Shown in pieces: positions 63,360-64,000 of a DNA stretch of 64,000 nucleotides; within the stretch, counting starts at the first letter, position 1, and each line of letters begins with the position of its first letter. The stretch spans positions 20,379-84,378 of the forward strand of contig JACRIE010000042.1 of the NCBI GenBank assembly GCA_016220165.1, in the 5' to 3' direction. The notes below the pieces were generated by a model. It was not told the origin of the DNA, ran no database searches, and was given only the letters and a program-made list of their open reading frames with translations. Position numbers and translations under genes: made by a program. The DNA comes from Candidatus Peregrinibacteria bacterium. GTDB taxonomy: Bacteria; Patescibacteriota; Gracilibacteria; UM-FILTER-43-11; JACRIE01.

Positions 63360-64000
63360 TTAAGAAGCAAGAGGCAATTTTTGTTTAGCTTCAGAAGCCT
63401 CTGGTTCCGTAAGGATCAGTGAAATCGATGCCACTTTATCCCCTTCGTGCATGCGCATGACGTAGACGCCCTGCGTCGCGCGCCCGATTGAAGGAATTTG
63501 TTTGAGCGGCAAACGAATCATCTGCCCATGTTTGGAAATAATCACTAAATCGCCGTCCAGACCCGGTTCAATCACGCGCGCGCCGACCAATTTACCCGTC
63601 TTAGCCGTAAGAGTGGCTGTTTTAACACCCGATCCGCCGCGATTCTGGAAACGATAGTCCGAAACCGGCGTGCTCTTGCTGAGGCCATTTTCCATGACAA
63701 CAAGGAGTCGCGCCTCCTCCGGATGACGAATAACGTCCATTTGGACAACTACATCGTTTCCTTTCAATCGGATACCGCGAACTCCCATACTGGGACGACC
63801 CATAGATCGAACGTCTTCTTCTTTAAACCGGATACATTTGCCCTCGCGCGTCGTAAGAACCACCTGCACCCCGGGGGATGTGTCTTGCACCCATTCCAGA
63901 AGATCTCCTTCGCGGAGCTTGATCGCGATAAGCCCTGATTTACGGACATTGGCAAATTGATCCAACTTTGTTTTCTTGACCGTGCCGCGATTCGTAGCCA
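63360..64000 (-). CDS. gyrA: DNA gyrase subunit A, C-terminal beta-pinwheel part (5' end outside window)
   Basis: The frame is open to the window edge (ATNRGTVKKTKLDQFANVRKSGLIAIKL..). Repeated blades of type G.G....L..GD.V; the ParC alternative is not excluded. Confidence 0.75.
   Translation of the reverse strand, partial: ATNRGTVKKTKLDQFANVRKSGLIAIKLREGDLLEWVQDTSPGVQVVLTTREGKCIRFKEEDVRSMGRPSMGVRGIRLKGNDVVVQMDVIRHPEEARLLVVMENGLSKSTPVSDYRFQNRGGSGVKTATLTAKTGKLVGARVIEPGLDGDLVIISKHGQMIRLPLKQIPSIGRATQGVYVMRMHEGDKVASISLILTEPEASEAKQKLPLAS

Overview
The window is a gene-dense stretch of a small-genome bacterium that uses the standard genetic code (recA and the aminotransferase both end in TGA). Intergenic DNA is A/T-rich, and about 35 start contexts checked by eye have no recognisable Shine-Dalgarno sequence. 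Gene content and style are what I would expect from an uncultivated CPR/Patescibacteria-like lineage, but that cannot be proven from this window.

Housekeeping genes I recognise: PBP1C, pyrE, recG, tyrS, nadK, recA, split transketolase, an aminotransferase, dnaB, mraY, glmS, rfbB, nfo, rpmE, the gyrA 3' part, tRNA-Glu(CUC) and tRNA-Val(UAC).

Accessory content:
- a 1388-aa tandem-cyclase/P-loop NTPase/TPR protein
- orphan VirB4-like and VirD4-like ATPases
- an 8-gene operon of unknown function that carries an Avd-like four-helix-bundle cassette
- two hicBA modules, one phd/relE module and a DUF559 gene
- an accessory island at 52.2-60.1 kb with two TrmB-like regulators and two paralogous Cys-rich genes, each broken by a single frameshift at an A/T run

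The most unusual property is the density of short hairpin-forming repeat families. Several sit in frame inside genes (glmS, recG, two envelope proteins) or supply the last codons and stop codons of genes.

Three promoters (recA, a decayed Bro-N gene, a decayed ORF6N gene) share one geometry, with a GTGAAC-N4-GTTCAC (Gram-positive-type LexA box) filling the -35/-10 spacer. A 23-nt all-A/T palindrome abuts five start codons. No rRNA, CRISPR array, transposase or integrase was seen.
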